From: Leucoraja erinacea
Taxonomy: Eukaryota
Direction of reading: 5' to 3'
DNA length: 64,000 nt
NCBI RefSeq assembly: GCF_028641065.1
Contig: NC_073381.1
Span: 27,032,001-27,096,000, forward strand
The notes beneath the pieces are model-generated. The model was given only the letters and a program-made list of their open reading frames with translations, was not told where the DNA came from and searched no databases. Each line of letters begins with the position of its first letter. Position 1 is the stretch's first letter. Shown piece by piece: positions 36,407-48,171 of this stretch. The position numbers and the translations under genes were made by a program.

Positions 36407-36516
36407 AAAAAGATAGTTAAAGAAGAATGGAAAAATTTATTAAAATAAAAAACATCGTTCGAGATATGTTCGTACATTTCAGAGTATAGCATTTCATCCA
36501 TTCTTTAGCCCGAGTG

Positions 36517-39500
36517 CTAGTCAGGTTCCTGTGCTGAACTATTCTGACCCTTTAAGTAATCAATAAAAGGAGACCATGTTCCAACGAATAATTCCTGTTT
36601 GTCCAACAGGGAAAATCTGATTCTTTCCACGTTTAAGGTCTCCGTCATTTCTATAATCCACATTTTGATTGTGGGGGCCGTAGGGCCTTTCCAAAATTTT
36701 AGAATTAATTTTTTTCCTGTTATTAAACTATAATCAATAAAGTTTCTTTGTGTTATTCTAAATGTTTGATTTAATTCTAATATTCCGAGTATTATTAATT
36801 TTGGATCTGGGTCCAATTGTGTGTTGGTTACTTTAGATATTATACTAAAAATATTTACCCAGAATTTTTTAATTTTTATACAGTTTGCAAACATATGAGA
36901 TAATGTAGCTTCTAAATGTTGACATTTATCACATATAGGTGAAATATGTTGAAAAATTTTATGTAGTTTTGTTTTTGAATAATGTAACCTATGTATTACT
37001 TTAAATTGTATTAGAGAATGTCTGGCGTTTAGTGAACACTGATGTATGTGTTGCAAACTTTCTTCCCAAGTATCTTTCGTTATTACTTGATTTAATTCTT
37101 TTTCCCATGTTTGTCTGTGTAAGTCCGTCGAAGGAATGTCACTGTCTAATAAGATATTATATATATAAGATATTAATTTTTCTGTATTAGGATGTTTGTT
37201 CCAACATTCATCAAGAATTTCTGAGTTTCTAATTCGAAAATTTTGAGAGTTCGATTTTACATAATCTCTAAGTTGAAGATATCTGAAATAATCATTTCCT
37301 CGAAGTCCATAAGTCTGTTGCAACTCCTGAAATGTCAGAAAAGTGCCTTCCTTGTAAAGTTGTCCCATATTTTTAATTCCATAATTCTTCCATTGTGTAA
37401 AACCCCCGTCCAACCATGAAGGCTTAAACAAAGGATTATTCACAATTGGAAGAAAAAGTGATAAATTATCTAATTTTAATGTCTTTTTTAATTGTTTCCA
37501 AATTCGTATAGCACTAAATATTATAGGGTTTTCCCTATAAATTTTTTTGTTTAATTTAGACGTAGCAAATAATATCGAACCGATATCAAAAGGTAAACAA
37601 TCTTCCTTTTCCATTTTTAACCAGTCTGGTTGATGATCTATTTCTTCCAACCAGAAATTCATATTTTTAATATTAACTGCCCAGAAATAAAACAAAAAAT
37701 TAGGTAAAACCAAGCCTCCATTTATTTTTGATTTACACAGGTGTCTTTTGTTTATCCTATGATTCTTATAATCCCAGATAAAATCATTAACAATAGAGTC
37801 CAATTTTTTTTTAAAGTTTTTTGCCAGATATATCGGAATTGTCTGAAAAAGGTATAATATTTGCGGTAAAAAAATCATTTTTATGGCATTAGTTTTGCCA
37901 ACCATTGAGATAGGAAGTGTTTTCCAGTATTGAATATTCTTATGTAGTTTATTCAGTAATGGGGGGAAATTTGCTTTAAATAATGATGTATATATCTTAG
38001 TTACATAAATACCTAGATATTTAAATTTTTCATTTACTATTTTAAATGGAAATTGTTGTATTATCTGTTTGTTATGTTCCCTTATTGGCATAATTTCACT
38101 TTTATTCCAATTTATTCTGTATCCTGAAAGTGAACCAAATTGGGTTATTAGCTTTAATAAGTTTGGGATACTAATTTCTGGTTTTGTAATGTAAATTAAT
38201 ACATCATCTGCGTATAGAGAAATTTTATTCACTGTGTCCTTTGTGTTATACCCATGTATTTCCGGATGCCCCCTAACTCTTTCTGCCAGTGGCTCAATAG
38301 CAAGCGCAAATAATAATGGAGATAACGGGCATCCTTGTCTACAACCTCTAGATAGGCTAAATTTAGATGACAACCTTTGGTTTGTAAATATTCTAGCCGT
38401 GGGATTTGTATATAACAGTTTTATCCATGTACAGAATTTCTCCCCTAGCTGCATCTTTTCCATCACCGAAAATAAATAAGGCCATTCGACCTGATCGAAT
38501 GCTTTTTCAGCGTCAAGTGAGATTATTGCTAGATCTTCATTAATAATTCTCTTGGAATATATAATATTAAATAATCTTCTTAGATTATAATATGAGTACC
38601 GTTTCTGAATAAAGCCTGTTTGGTCAGGGTGTATTAATTTATTCATCACTGTACTTAATCTATGCGCTAGTATTTTAGTTAATATTTTCTGATCTGTATT
38701 TAAAAGTGCAATTGCTCTGTATGATCCCGGGTCTTCCGGATCTTTATCAGCTTTAGGAATAAGTGTTATTATAGATTCATTTAAAGTGTCTGGAAGTTTC
38801 TGTTGAGTATAGATATACTCATACAGTCTTTGTAAACGTGGGCAAAGCAAATCATAAATTTTTTTGTAAAATTCGGAGCCTAAACCATCTGGTCCTACTG
38901 CTTTACCATTTTTTAAAGAGCCAATAGACTCCTCAATATCCTTTATCGTAATCTCCCTTTCTAATAATTCTCTATCGTTTGAATCTAAACCTTTTAAATT
39001 ACATTTTATTAAAAAATCTGCTATTCCTTCTGATTGTGCTACGGTTTTAGTTGAATAAAGGTTATGATAGTATTGGAGAAATCTATCATTTATGTCCTTG
39101 GGCATTTTTAATAATTCTCCTGTCTCTGTTCTAATTTTATGAATTATTTTTTCCCCTTCCATTTTTCGTAACTGGCGTGCTAATAGTTTTTGTGGTTTGT
39201 CTCCAAATTCAAAATGTAATTGTTTGGTTTTTTGATAAAGTTTTATTACTTGTTCTGAATACATTTTATTTAATTTATATTTCAATACAGCAATTTTATT
39301 ATGTTTTAACGTAGATGGCATTCTCGCATTTTCTATATCTAGTTGCTTGATTTCACTTTCCAATGTTTGTTGCTTAATCCTGTTCTCTTTATTATAAAAT
39401 GCTTGAGCAGAAATTAATGTACCTCGAACATACGCTTTGAACGTTTCCCACATAAGAGAAGTAGGTGTGTCAGGGTTGTCATTTACCTCAAAAAATATTT

Positions 39501-40236
39501 GAATCTGTTTAATAATATATTCCTGGCATGATCTTTCGTTCAAAATTTGTGGGTTAAATCTCCAATATGCTTGTTTCTCGGACATTCCATTTAATTTAAT
39601 CATGAATGTTACAGGTGCGTGATCTGAGATTATAATGTTATGGTATTTTGAATTATAAATAAATGGGATAAACGTAGAGTCAACTAAAAAATAATCTATT
39701 CTTGAGTATGTTTTGTGTACTGGTGAGTAAAATGAATATTCCCGTCCAGTTGGGTTTTCTATTCTCCAGACATCCTTAATATTAGTGGTATTAATAAATG
39801 AATTTAAAAATACACTTGATTGAGATTTTGCTTTTTTTTGCCTTGATGATCTATCTAAGTATGAATCTAATGTACAATTGAAGTCTCCTCCAATTATTAA
39901 TTTATATTGTGTAAATTCAGGAATTTTATTAAATGTTTTATTAAAAAACGTGGGGTTATCAAAATTAGGCCCATAAACATTAAGAAGGATCACTTTTTCT
40001 CCATTTAACTCTCCAACTAATATAATATATCTACCATCAATATCCACTATTGTTGAAGAGTTCGTAAAAGGTATTCCTTTACGAATTACTATTGCAACTC
40101 CTCTGGACTTGTGGGAAAAGGAGGAATGATATGATTCAGCGATCCACTTAGCTTTAAGTCTATGTTGAGATTCCTTTTTAAGGTGTGTTTCTTGAAGAAA
40201 TATTATATCTGTTTTGATTAAATTTAGATGTGCCAA
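36517..40236 (-). CDS. L1 ORF2p (APE endonuclease, RT, Cys-rich domain); native N-terminus disrupted
   Basis: FLQETH, GGDFN, SRIDYF, SDH; RQGCPLSP, YADD; CDKC...HMFANC; upstream SWNVKGIN cut off by TGA at 40248-40246. Confidence 0.9.
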   Translation of the reverse strand: MAHLNLIKTDIIFLQETHLKKESQHRLKAKWIAESYHSSFSHKSRGVAIVIRKGIPFTNSSTIVDIDGRYIILVGELNGEKVILLNVYGPNFDNPTFFNKTFNKIPEFTQYKLIIGGDFNCTLDSYLDRSSRQKKAKSQSSVFLNSFINTTNIKDVWRIENPTGREYSFYSPVHKTYSRIDYFLVDSTFIPFIYNSKYHNIIISDHAPVTFMIKLNGMSEKQAYWRFNPQILNERSCQEYIIKQIQIFFEVNDNPDTPTSLMWETFKAYVRGTLISAQAFYNKENRIKQQTLESEIKQLDIENARMPSTLKHNKIAVLKYKLNKMYSEQVIKLYQKTKQLHFEFGDKPQKLLARQLRKMEGEKIIHKIRTETGELLKMPKDINDRFLQYYHNLYSTKTVAQSEGIADFLIKCNLKGLDSNDRELLEREITIKDIEESIGSLKNGKAVGPDGLGSEFYKKIYDLLCPRLQRLYEYIYTQQKLPDTLNESIITLIPKADKDPEDPGSYRAIALLNTDQKILTKILAHRLSTVMNKLIHPDQTGFIQKRYSYYNLRRLFNIIYSKRIINEDLAIISLDAEKAFDQVEWPYLFSVMEKMQLGEKFCTWIKLLYTNPTARIFTNQRLSSKFSLSRGCRQGCPLSPLLFALAIEPLAERVRGHPEIHGYNTKDTVNKISLYADDVLIYITKPEISIPNLLKLITQFGSLSGYRINWNKSEIMPIREHNKQIIQQFPFKIVNEKFKYLGIYVTKIYTSLFKANFPPLLNKLHKNIQYWKTLPISMVGKTNAIKMIFLPQILYLFQTIPIYLAKNFKKKLDSIVNDFIWDYKNHRINKRHLCKSKINGGLVLPNFLFYFWAVNIKNMNFWLEEIDHQPDWLKMEKEDCLPFDIGSILFATSKLNKKIYRENPIIFSAIRIWKQLKKTLKLDNLSLFLPIVNNPLFKPSWLDGGFTQWKNYGIKNMGQLYKEGTFLTFQELQQTYGLRGNDYFRYLQLRDYVKSNSQNFRIRNSEILDECWNKHPNTEKLISYIYNILLDSDIPSTDLHRQTWEKELNQVITKDTWEESLQHIHQCSLNARHSLIQFKVIHRLHYSKTKLHKIFQHISPICDKCQHLEATLSHMFANCIKIKKFWVNIFSIISKVTNTQLDPDPKLIILGILELNQTFRITQRNFIDYSLITGKKLILKFWKGPTAPTIKMWIIEMTETLNVERIRFSLLDKQELFVGTWSPFIDYLKGQNSSAQEPD

Positions 40237-41259
40237 AACTTTATTTCACTTAATTGGTTCATTGATTCCCTTGACATTCCAACTACCAAATGGTATATCC
40301 CTGACCCCCTCTTGTCATGTTAACATCTTGCATATTGTTTCTAAGGTGGTCTATAACCGAGCAGAAGGTACAACACATAGAACCTGACCCTGCTCCCGAA
40401 CCTCAAATAGATGAATTTAAAATCATATACATCGCTCTTCCGAACACATCTCCTTGTATTAGTCTTATTTTTCCATTCAAACATTAAGTTATAAAAATAT
40501 TTAAAGTGAAAAAAGTGATAGAGTTGATTAGTGTAGAGTGAAAGAAAAAGAACTACATCTACAATTAGTGTAGTTAGTGATAGCCACACTAACGTGGCTA
40601 GAATTCTAAAGACTTCCGTAGCCTTTGTAAGAAAAAAAAATTCCCAGCTCCGTGCCCGAAGAAAAAAAAAAAGATTATTTCTAACATTCAAATAACTTCT
40701 TTGGGAGTAACAAACTTATTTACATACCCATACATACACACACACACACATATATATATATATACCCATATGTATACATACATAAGCACGTAACCCTGCA
40801 GAAAAGTTCAAGAACAGCAAAAATTCACAACGTTATTATTCTCTACATATCATATTAATTTTTTCGCTAAATCTATAAATTTAATTTTAAATTGAAAAAT
40901 AAAGAGAAAAACCGTCAAACTTTATTATGATGTAGGCTAATTTACCTCTTACATATCTTCCTATATAATATAAGTATGTAATTCATTTCTACGTTAATCG
41001 AAGACTATTAATTATTAATCATTGTTATCAATCATATACAGTATTAACTTTTTATGAGAAATGTTAATGTTAATAATTTTAGTGGTAATATGGATATTTA
41101 ATAATGGATTTTTAAAAATACAAAGATCACGGTTTTATCCAATGTCCTCCGTCGATTTCGGTTTCCGAATGTCCTTAAAGCTCTTGAAAGAACTTTAAAG
41201 GTCCTTTTAGATCTGGCGGTCCTGTTAGTCCTTGACTCCTAAGGAGTAATGTAAATTCT

Positions 41260-42264
41260 TCAGTCTATGGTCATGTTACCGACTTCTTTGGCATATTCCA
41301 GTGCTTTTTCGTGGTCTGTAAAAAAGTGCTCCTTGGACTTGTAGGAGACTCTTAGTCTTGCGGGATAAAGCAAGCTGTATCTCAAATCAGGTACATTCTT
41401 CAATATTCTTTTTGTCTCAGTGAACAGCGCTCTTTTCTTGAAGACTTCTGCCGGATAATCTCGGTAAATACTGAATCTCACACCTTCAAAGAGGAGCTGT
41501 CCGCCTCGAACAATTTTCTTCATTATATCGTCAAATTCATGATCCAGTTGCACTTTTACGATAATTTGTCTTGGATGGGCATCATCTTGTGTACGACGTC
41601 GCTGCGCTCTATGAGCTCGACCGAGTGAAGGTTTGTGATCCAATTTTAAGGCTTTTTGTAGTAGGTCTGCCACAAAATCCCGAGTGCCCATTTCCCTCTC
41701 ACTTCCTTCTTTCACCCCTACAATTCTTAGATTCTTACGTCTTTGACGCCCCTCCAAATCGGTACATTTATCACTTAATTTGATCACCATATTGGAGAGG
41801 CGTTGGTTTTCAGTAAGGAGTCGACTTACAGTTTCCGCACTTGTCGTCGCCCATTTCTCAAGTTCGGTTATCGCTATTCTATGTTGATCAAGTTCGTGAT
41901 GAATGGGGTCCACCTCCGTTTTAACCTTCGTTTCCACCGAAACGAGCCTGGCTTCCAGCACTTCCATCTGATCCTTGACCTCTTCCTCCCTCGTCCTCTT
42001 CCAGATTTCCAGCATTTGTTGAACGGTAGAATGCATTTCTGCTTTAAAATCTACCTTAAAAGCGTCAAGTACCTCTTTAAAATTCTCTCCAAAGGTTTTC
42101 ATTTCGGCAGCGAGAAAGGTTTTAAGATCCTCCATTTCAGACTTTTTCTGTTTCATTTTCTTTGGAGGGTCTTCCTGGGCCATCGTTGTAACTGAGGCCG
42201 AGGCCTCTGTAGGGCCTTCCTCTTCCATCTGCGGTTTCCCTTTAACGGCTTTTTTTTGTGTCAC
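41260..42264 (-). CDS. L1 ORF1p (coiled coil + RRM + CTD)
   Basis: Coiled-coil N-half, DLEGRQRRKNLRIVGVKEG, RAHR, YPARLRV; probable true ATG at 42290 is one base out of frame across a G8 run. Confidence 0.88.
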   Translation of the reverse strand: MTQKKAVKGKPQMEEEGPTEASASVTTMAQEDPPKKMKQKKSEMEDLKTFLAAEMKTFGENFKEVLDAFKVDFKAEMHSTVQQMLEIWKRTREEEVKDQMEVLEARLVSVETKVKTEVDPIHHELDQHRIAITELEKWATTSAETVSRLLTENQRLSNMVIKLSDKCTDLEGRQRRKNLRIVGVKEGSEREMGTRDFVADLLQKALKLDHKPSLGRAHRAQRRRTQDDAHPRQIIVKVQLDHEFDDIMKKIVRGGQLLFEGVRFSIYRDYPAEVFKKRALFTETKRILKNVPDLRYSLLYPARLRVSYKSKEHFFTDHEKALEYAKEVGNMTID

Positions 42265-42311
42265 ACGGGGGGGGTACGTTGTAGCGACATACCATAAAGT
42301 CGCGCACCTGA

Positions 42312-42319
42312 TGACGTCA
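42312..42319. promoter_or_regulatory. Palindromic CRE (TGACGTCA) in L1 5'UTR
   Basis: Exact CRE consensus ~20 nt upstream of the probable ORF1 ATG within the CpG-rich 5'UTR. Confidence 0.4.
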
Positions 42320-42435
42320 CGCAGGCAGCCGTTCAGATCGCGATCGTTGCAGGTAAGACCCGATTTTCTCCCGTTTTTAGATTCTTCGGCACGGAGCTAG
42401 TTGGCGCTGGACTCAAGCCTCCATAGCGCCACCGT

Positions 42436-42642
42436 CTCCCAGCTAACAATGATCTATTCTACATTTTCCTTGATCTCCATTCCCTTTGTCCTGCTTTCAC
42501 ACCTTTACACTTCCTTATCTATGTGTCCCTCTCCCCTGACGTCAGTCTGAAGAAGGGTCTCGACCTGAAACATCACCCATTTCTTCTCTCCAGAGATGCT
42601 GCCTGTCCCGCTGAGTTACTCCAGCATTTTGTGTCTATCTTT
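42436..42642 (+). mobile_element. Penelope-associated pLTR repeat with hammerhead-like motif
   Basis: CAGTCTGAAGAAGGGTCTCGACCTGAAACATCACCC...GCTGAGTTACTCCAGCATTTTGTGTCTA. Confidence 0.65.
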
Positions 42643-42649
42643 CAGAAGT

Positions 42650-42960
42650 TGAGTTTAGTTTAGAGATACAGCATAGAAACAGACCCTTCAGCCACTGTGA
42701 CCATCGATCACCTATTCACACTCGTTCTATGATATTACACTTTCACACCCACTCCCTACAAAATAGGGACAATTTAATGCCAATTTTCCTTTTAACCTGA
42801 ACGTCTTTCAGATGTGGGAGGGATCTTGAGAAGCCAGAGAAAGCCCAAATGGACAAAGGGAGAACATAGGAACTCAACACAGCCAGCACCCAAGGTCGGG
42901 ATCGAACCTGGGAATCGAGTGCTAAAAGGCAGTGACTCTACCAGCTGGACCACTGTGCCA
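42650..42960 (-). mobile_element. V-SINE, degenerate
   Basis: Reverse complement: tail TTTAGTTTAGAGATACAG, B-box GGATCGAACC. Confidence 0.6.
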
Positions 42961-43384
42961 TTCCTGATAACAGAGCAGAAGAAGCTATCTGGTGTTGAGC
43001 ACTTTCAAGCTCCCATATCTTCTGCTTAAAGTAACGTGGAGAAGAAGGAATGAACAGGATAGACATGTTTTCTCATGCAACATAAAGTCTAGATGCACTC
43101 CACAGTGGGGAGTCTGGGCTAAGTGATGGAATGGGCCACTTCTACAATTTGCTGTAATTTCTTGCATCCTTGGGCAACGCTGCTTCCAAACCAAGCTGTG
43201 ATGCAATCCACCATTAGGCATTCTATGGTAGATCTGGAGAGTTTGTTAGTCATTGGAGACATACAAAGTACAGGTTTGCAGGCTACATTATGTCCTTTAG
43301 TAATGTAGCAATGCAGACCAAATGGAGAATGAAATGAGCACTACAAATTACTTCCAGCACATTTGTATAAAGCAGTGTGCATTC

Positions 43385-44990
43385 TTTGACGGAGGTGGAA
43401 CGTGTTTCCATCTTCAGGTTTCTGGGGGTCAACATCTCCGATGACCTCTCTTGGACCCACAATGAGGTCAAGAAGGCTCACCAGCGTCTCTTCTTCCTGA
43501 GGAGACTAAAGAAGGTCCATCTGTCTTCTCAGATTCTGGTGAACTGCTATCGCTGCACCATCGACAGCATCCTTACCAACTGTATCACAGTATGGTATGG
43601 CAACTGCTCTGTCTCCGACCGGAAAGCACTGCAGAGGGTGGTGAAAATTGCCCAACGCATCACCGGTTCCTCACTCCCCTCCATTGAGTCTGTCCAAAGC
43701 AAGCGCTGTCTGCGAAGGGTGCGCAGCATCGTCAAGGACTGCTCTCACCTCAACCACAGTCTGTTTACCCTCCTACCATCCGGGAGGCGCTACAGGTCTC
43801 TCCGTTGCTGGACCAGTAGGTCCAGGAACAGCTTCTTCCTCTATGATTGCCAGTCAGATGTTGTACTTCCGGTGGCGCTGGTGCCAGCAGCCTCCACCTA
43901 CAGCACGGTATCTTTTTGTTTTTTTGTTTATTTAGTTATGTTGATGTGTGTTTTTTTGTGTGTTTTTTTGGAGTTTTTATGTGGGGGAAGAGGGCACGGT
44001 GTGGGGGATACCGTCCTTCAGCCACTTCCTGGTGAGGACGCGACTATTATTCGAGTCGCGTCCTCGCCCCCCCCCCCCCCCCTCCCCCCACAGCGGCCTA
44101 CCTACCTGGATTGGCGCGGCCTTTCCTGCCGGGATCGACCGGAGCTCCAGCAGCGGCGGGACAGCGCTGGAACATCGCGGGGCTGGCGATGCCTTACCGG
44201 GGGTCGCCGTCTGGAGCCCGGAGTGCTGGACCTGCTGCACCGACATCCTGGAGCTGCGGTTTTCGGAGCTCCCAACGCGGGCGGCGCTGATGGACAGCGC
44301 GGGGTCCTGTGACTCTGCCCGGCTCGACCTGTGGACTGAGGAGCTGCAGACTCCGGCAGCGGGAGGCGGCTGATCAGGAGGTCCGGGCCGCTGAGGAGGA
44401 GGATGCTCACCGTCGGGGTTCGGCGTCGGCGTTCCACCAGCCCGGCGTGAGGGCCTGAACATCGGGCCACCCGGGGAGGCGACTGCGGGTGCTCGGAAGG
44501 CCCCGACCACGGATGAACACGGGGGGGAGGCTGGCTGGACTATGGTGCCGTCCTCACCTGGGTGCCATTTATGTTATGTTGTGTTGTGGACTTTCTGTGT
44601 TTGTGCTTTTTTTAAATTCAATTTCAATTTTATTTTTAATATGTTTTATTATTTATTTATTATTTATTTATTTTTTAGTGATTTTTTTTATGATACTGCC
44701 TGTAAGGGAAATTCGTTTTGTTGTCTCAAATTGAGACAATGACAATACATTTGAATACAATACAATACAATACAATACAATACAATACAATACAATACAG
44801 TCATCCCCCCCTCCCGGACCCTCCTTCCCCAGAAAAAACTGCACCTAGACGACTGTATGTACGTATATTTATTTATTGCTCGTATTCTATGTTCGCTCTT
44901 CTAGGGAGATGCTAACTGCATTTCGTTGTTTCTGTACTGTACACTGCAATGGCAATAAAGTTTGAATCTGAATCTGAATCTGAATCAGAT
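43385..44990 (+). mobile_element. Rex1/Babar-type LINE 3' fragment interrupted by a GC-rich retroelement (~43860-44798)
   Basis: VERVSIFRFLGVNISDDLSW...KKAHQRLFFLRRLKK...LPSGRRYRSL; insert begins CTTCCGGTGGCGCTG and ends (TACAA)n; host tail (GAATCT)n at ~44965. Confidence 0.7.
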
Positions 44991-45712
44991 CTGCATGATA
45001 ATCTAAATGTTGCAATAGGTCAAAGTGGTTCAAGTGCTTTAAAAGCTTAAATTCCAGAACACAAAATGATAAGCATGATGCACCACGCAGATGGAAAGCA
45101 GTAGAGGAAGGTGACAATGTCCTTGAGAAGACCATGTTTGCACAGCAGTCAATGTCCTTTAGTAATACAGTATGCTCTGCTAGCTCTGCAGTTGCCGTAA
45201 TAACTGAGACCTTTGAGGTAAATTGAATACAATGTCCACAGCCATTTTGGAGTTACGTTCAATGCAACCAAGGTGGTATCAATGGTGTTATTTGAACATC
45301 TTATTGGAATTTGAAACACAGATTACAACCAGGTGACTGAGCAGGCCCTACAATAACCACAACACCAAACCACTGGGATGTGGAAACCTATTTCTGATCA
45401 TTACTTCCCTAAAACGATTTATAATATAGAAGTGTGTATATTACAGTAAGGGGTGGAGCGTACATTTTTAAATGATGTGATCCATACAGGTAGAAGTTAC
45501 CTAGAGAGATATGAATAGATCAGGACCCCAGGAATGAGAAATTAATCTTGCAGTTGGTGCAGCATAGGTGTAACATACAACATGGTACAGCACAAGAACG
45601 GGCCCTTTGGTCCATAATGACCATGCTAAACATGATGCCAAGTCAAACTAATGTCCTCTGCCTGCACGTGATACATATCCCCAAGACATATAACAGATAA
45701 TATAATATTAAG

Positions 45713-46012
45713 GGCTGTACGGTTGCGCAGAGGTAAAGTTGCTGCCTTACAGCGCTTGCAGCGCCAGAGATCTGAGTTTGATCCCAACGGGTGCTGTCTA
45801 TATGGAGTTTTTACATTCTCCCTGTGAATGCATGGGTTTTCTCCAAGATCTTCGGTTTTCTCCATTACGTCAAAGACGTGCAGGTTTGCAGGTTAATTGA
45901 CTTGGTATAAGTGTAAATTGTCCCTAGTGTGTGTCGGAGAGTGTTAATGTGTGGGGATTGCTGGTCGGTGCCGAGTTGGTGGGCCGAAGGGCCTGTTTCC
46001 GTTCTGAACTAA
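45713..46012 (+). mobile_element. V-SINE (HE1-like), followed by a partial second head at ~46042-46155
   Basis: tRNA head, V-domain, GGGCCGAAGGGCCTGTTTCC tail. Confidence 0.7.
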
Positions 46013-46831
46013 ACAAAGATATGTAAGAGCATAAAAAAAAGGATGGCACCATGGTGCAGTGTAGAGCTGCTGACTCACAGTCCCAAAGACCCGGGTTTGA
46101 TCCTGAATACAGGTGTAGTCTGTAGTGTGCAATTTGTATGTTCTCCATATGACTTCACTGATTCCATTGAAGGTGAAAATCAAAGAAGGAGATTCTTGGG
46201 GAGTCAAGTGAGACTACAGTCGTAACCATGCAAGACAGTAACCCTTTTATTAAAACAGGTTGTTATGCAGACCTGCTTTGAAATGCAAATTAATAACCGA
46301 AAAAACAGCTACGTGCATGATCAAAAGAAGAATCAGTCATGTCGGTTGTTGCTTTGCACAAGTTCATGCATGGGGTGGGAGATTGCAACCTTCACGTGGT
46401 CCACCCTGTTTCGACTAATGCAATCAACCCAATGTGTGCAAACAGTTACGGTAGATCAAATACAACAAGTTGACCTACAACTTTAAGTTGTGCACACCAT
46501 ACACAAGAGGGTGTTCATTCATGAACCAGTCTCCAAACATATTGACTGATTTAGAAAATAAAGTTTGTGAATTTAATGTTAATTTAAGAGATTATACAAA
46601 ATCTTTTGTGGAGAAATCTTGTTCTAATGAGTGATAATCAAGATTAGTTTGTCACTCGGTTTTAATGATCAGATCCCAAACTAATTGAAGTATCGTGCAT
46701 GTTCATCGTCAATGGAGCAGCACTCTGTGACTTTGCGCAGATAATCATCAGTATTTTCCTCAGGTAGCCATCATTTTGAATCAAGGTAGTTCCAGTTCAA
46801 TGAGTAGAGAGAGGGTAGCTGAAATATGCAA

Positions 46832-47829
46832 GCACTTTGAGACCAAAATGAAATTCTATGCAATAAATCTTTTGCACATTGTGCGAACTGTCAGTCTTGC
46901 TGTTTATTGAGTTGCAGAAGTGATTGTTTCGGGGAGTTAATAATTACATGGTTAACTCTACACAGAGGTAGAAATAGATGGCATTTACAAAATACTGGCA
47001 TCTGGAAAAGAAAAAGGATATTATTTAACTTTATCTTAGGTTATTCAGCAACAAGTGTACTCAATCATGGTCTCTTGTCGAAGGTTCACAAATTAGGAGC
47101 CAGCAGTCAGAAGCAGTTTAAAGTAGAGGAGTGATGTTTTAGATTGCCAAGCACAGCATTGTCCATGATGCTATTGTTGGGTATTAAAAGTAAATGGCCC
47201 TTCCCAATATGGTTCTACCTTTCCCTGTCAAGCTTAGCTTGAATGCTGTATAGGGTTTTATTTATTTAGTTTATACCTTCAGAATCTATAATACGAGTTT
47301 GTCTAGGACAAGGTTTGGATGGCTTAAGCGGCACTTTGAGACCAAAATGAAATTCTATGCAATAAATCTTTTGCACATTGTGCGAACTGTCAGTCTTGCT
47401 GTTTATTGAGTTGCAGAAGTGATTGTTTCGGGGAGTTAATAATTACATGGTTAACTCTACACAGAGGTAGAAATAGATGGCATTTACAAAATACTGGCAT
47501 CTGGAGAAGAAAAAGGATATTATTTTACTTTATCTTAGGCTATTCAGCAACAAGTGTACTCAATCATGGTCTCTTGTCGAAGGTTCACAAATTAGGAGCC
47601 AGCAGTCAGAAGCAGTTTAAAGTAGAGGAGTGATGTTTTAGATTACCAAGCACAGCATTGTCCATGATGCTATTGTTGGGTATTAAAAGTAAATGGCCCT
47701 TCCCAATATGGTTCTACCTTTCCCTGTCAAGCTTAGCTGGAATGCTGTATAGGGTTTTATTTATTTAGTTTATACCTTCAGAATCTATAATACGAGTTTG
47801 TCTAGGGCAAGGTTTGGAGGGCTTAAGCG
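46832..47829. repeat. Tandem duplication of 499 bp of unique sequence
   Basis: 46832-47330 and 47331-47829 nearly identical (about 7 substitutions by eye); twin ORFs 46907/47406 offset by 499. Confidence 0.95.
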
Positions 47830-48171
47830 GCAGTTTCAGGTCACTGTTGACATGTGTGTGGGCTCCCATCTAAAAAACATTCATGGGGTCCTGGTCAGTT
47901 TCAGTTTTAGGTTATCATCATGTGCACCTCAGTGCACGAGGTGGAATGGGGACTATATCGTTTGGTGAAAACCCACCAGCATTGAAAAATGTATTCCATA
48001 CAGTCATAGCTGAATTAGTTAAAGATTATTATTGTCACGTTCACTGAAGTACAATGAACAGCAGTGAGCAGTGTTGATATACTATTAGGTTGCAAGCAAA
48101 ATGTCTCAGAATTTAGTCTGTTTTTCTCCCACACCTTCACAGTCACTCTTTGTCAAACTAGCTTGTATGTA

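Larger units (their letters stand above)
36165..42435 (-). mobile_element. Full-length L1-clade LINE (~6.3 kb)
   Basis: CpG-rich 5'UTR, ORF1, ~0.9-kb AT-rich inter-ORF spacer, ORF2, 3'UTR, AATAAA (36195-36190), A15 tail (36179-36165). Confidence 0.92.

Noticed and set aside
43377-44510. 311-aa ORF and overlapping ORFs as a novel gene
   Set aside because: Rex1/Babar C-terminus reading into a GC-rich inserted retroelement
46907-47633. Duplicated 75-aa ORFs as paralogous genes
   Set aside because: TTG starts, no recognisable homology; by-product of the 499-bp duplication
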